NCBI GenBank assembly: GCA_902774345.1
Contig: CACYHZ010000004.1
Location: 16,307 to 48,306 of the forward strand
From: an uncultured Bacteroidia bacterium
GTDB taxonomy: Bacteria > Bacteroidota > Bacteroidia > Bacteroidales > UBA932
Reading direction: 5' to 3'
Length of the DNA: 32,000 bases
A program made the translations under genes and the position numbers. The first letter of the stretch is position 1, and each line of letters starts with the position of its first letter. The notes beneath the pieces were generated by a model that was not told the DNA's origin, made no database searches, and worked only from the letters and a program-made list of their open reading frames with translations. This document shows, one piece after another, positions 26,257 through 32,000 of the stretch.

Positions 26257-27258
26257 ATGGTATCTTACAAAGAAATTGGCCTTGTGAACACCCGCGAAAT
26301 GTTCAAGAAGGCCGTTGCCGGCGGTTACGCCATCCCCGCATTCAATTTCAACAACATGGAGCAGCTCCAGGCCATCATCCAGGCTGCCGCCGAGACCAAG
26401 AGCCCGGTGATCCTCCAGGTTTCCAAGGGTGCCCGTAACTATGCCAACCAGACCCTTCTCCGCTACATGGCCGAAGGTGCTGTGGAATATGCCAAGGAAC
26501 TGGGCTGGAAGAACCCTCAGATCGTCCTGCACCTGGACCACGGTGACAGCTTCGAGACCTGCAAGAGCTGCGTGGACATGGGCTTCAGCTCCGTGATGAT
26601 CGACGCCTCTTCCCTGCCCTATGAGGAGAACATCGCCCTCACCAAGAAGGTGGTGGACTACGCCCATCAGTTCGATGTGACCGTCGAGGCCGAACTCGGT
26701 GTACTGGCCGGTGTGGAAGATGAGGTTTCCGCCGCAGAATCCCACTACACCAAGCCCGAGGAAGTGATCGACTTCGCTACCCGTACCGGTTGCGACTCCC
26801 TGGCCATCTCCATCGGCACCAGCCACGGCGCTTACAAGTTCACCCGTGAGCAGTGCACCCTGGATCCCAAGACCGGCCGTCTGGTTCCTCCGCCGCTGGC
26901 CTTCGACGTGCTCCACGAGATTGAGAAGAAGCTCCCCGGCTTCCCCATCGTACTCCACGGCTCCAGCTCCGTTCCTCAGGAATATGTGGACGAAATCAAC
27001 GCCCTGGGCGGCAAACTCCCGGATGCAGTAGGTATCCCCGAGGAGCAGCTGCGTGAGGCCTCCAAGAGCGCTGTTTGCAAGATCAACATCGACAGCGACA
27101 GCCGTCTGGCCATGACCGCCGCCATCCGCCGTGTCTTCCACGACAAGCCCGGTGAGTTCGATCCCCGCAAGTACCTGGGTCCCGCCCGCGACGAAATGAA
27201 GAAGCTCTACATGCACAAGATTGTGAACGTGCTGGGCTCCGACGGCAAAGCCGAGTAA
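26257..27258 (+). CDS. fba: Class II fructose-1,6-bisphosphate aldolase
   Basis: IPAFNFNNMEQ, HLDHG zinc site, GTSHGAYKF and LHGSSSVP motifs. 333 aa. Confidence 0.96.
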   Translation: MVSYKEIGLVNTREMFKKAVAGGYAIPAFNFNNMEQLQAIIQAAAETKSPVILQVSKGARNYANQTLLRYMAEGAVEYAKELGWKNPQIVLHLDHGDSFETCKSCVDMGFSSVMIDASSLPYEENIALTKKVVDYAHQFDVTVEAELGVLAGVEDEVSAAESHYTKPEEVIDFATRTGCDSLAISIGTSHGAYKFTREQCTLDPKTGRLVPPPLAFDVLHEIEKKLPGFPIVLHGSSSVPQEYVDEINALGGKLPDAVGIPEEQLREASKSAVCKINIDSDSRLAMTAAIRRVFHDKPGEFDPRKYLGPARDEMKKLYMHKIVNVLGSDGKAE

Positions 27259-27271
27259 GTCGCTGCAACGC

Positions 27272-27293
27272 AAAAAATAACCTGGTGAAATGC

Positions 27294-27311
<18 letters not shown>
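27272..27311. terminator. Bidirectional rho-independent terminator
   Basis: Perfect 17-bp stem AAAAAATAACCTGGTGA / TCACCAGGTTATTTTTT with a 5-nt loop, flanked by A6 and T7 tracts. The right arm contains the last codons and the stop of the GH95 gene. Confidence 0.85.
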
Positions 27312-31436
<4,125 letters not shown>

Positions 31437-31461
31437 ATTGCTTGTCATTTGTTTCCAAATA

Positions 31462-31469
31462 CAAAAATA
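31462..31469 (-). promoter_or_regulatory. -7 promoter box TATTTTTG for the coiled-coil/trpS/GH95 string
   Basis: The minus strand carries TATTTTTG 25 nt upstream of ATG 31436, immediately after the gap terminator hairpin. Confidence 0.4.
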
Positions 31470-31470
31470 C

Positions 31471-31503
31471 AAAAAAGACCGGCCTTTTGCAAGGTCGGTC
31501 TTT
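31471..31503 (-). terminator. Hairpin terminator downstream of gap
   Basis: AAAGACCGGCC / GGTCGGTCTTT, an 11-bp stem with an 8-nt loop. One position is a G-U pair on the plus strand and an A-C mismatch on the minus strand. A T tract follows on the minus strand. Starts 18 nt after the gap stop. Confidence 0.5.
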
Positions 31504-31520
31504 GAAAATGCGGGAAGGAA

Positions 31521-32000
<480 letters not shown>

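Overview
This window looks like a core chromosomal segment of a high-GC member of the Bacteroidota. The phylum call is an inference from three things: TAnnTTTG promoter boxes in nearly every AT-rich intergenic gap, the Bacteroidales-type V-ATPase operon containing DUF2764, and a BspA-type LRR protein. I support about 32 protein genes. They are densely packed, and many have overlapping start and stop codons. In order: ftsE, nth, a THUMP-like SAM methyltransferase, a phosphohexomutase and a beta-lactamase-fold lipoprotein. Next is a 7-gene V-type ATPase operon (E, DUF2764, A, B, D, I, K), then an AlkZ-related protein, an AmgK-like kinase fused to a RapZ-C-like domain, and a MurU-like nucleotidyltransferase. 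These are followed by a DUF4332 protein, an orphan hypothetical with a signal-less LRR protein, an RluA-family pseudouridine synthase, and a Fur-family regulator coupled to a FucI/AraA-like protein. Then come cdd, an arginine-deiminase-type operon (short guanidino-modifying enzyme, OTC, carbamate kinase), and a gmk-nadD-CYTH-binding-protein string. The window ends with fba, GH95, trpS, a secreted coiled-coil protein and a partial gap gene. I found no tRNA, rRNA, CRISPR array, transposase or integrase, and no clearly foreign island. Nothing here is a demonstrable new system. The best leads are the kinase/RapZ-C fusion, the non-canonical short enzyme in the ArcA position, the orphan/LRR pair, and the Fur-coupled isomerase-like gene. 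The long antisense ORFs in the track are treated as GC-bias artefacts. The ORF track also uses TTG and GTG starts, so several N-termini were trimmed to the first plausible ATG.
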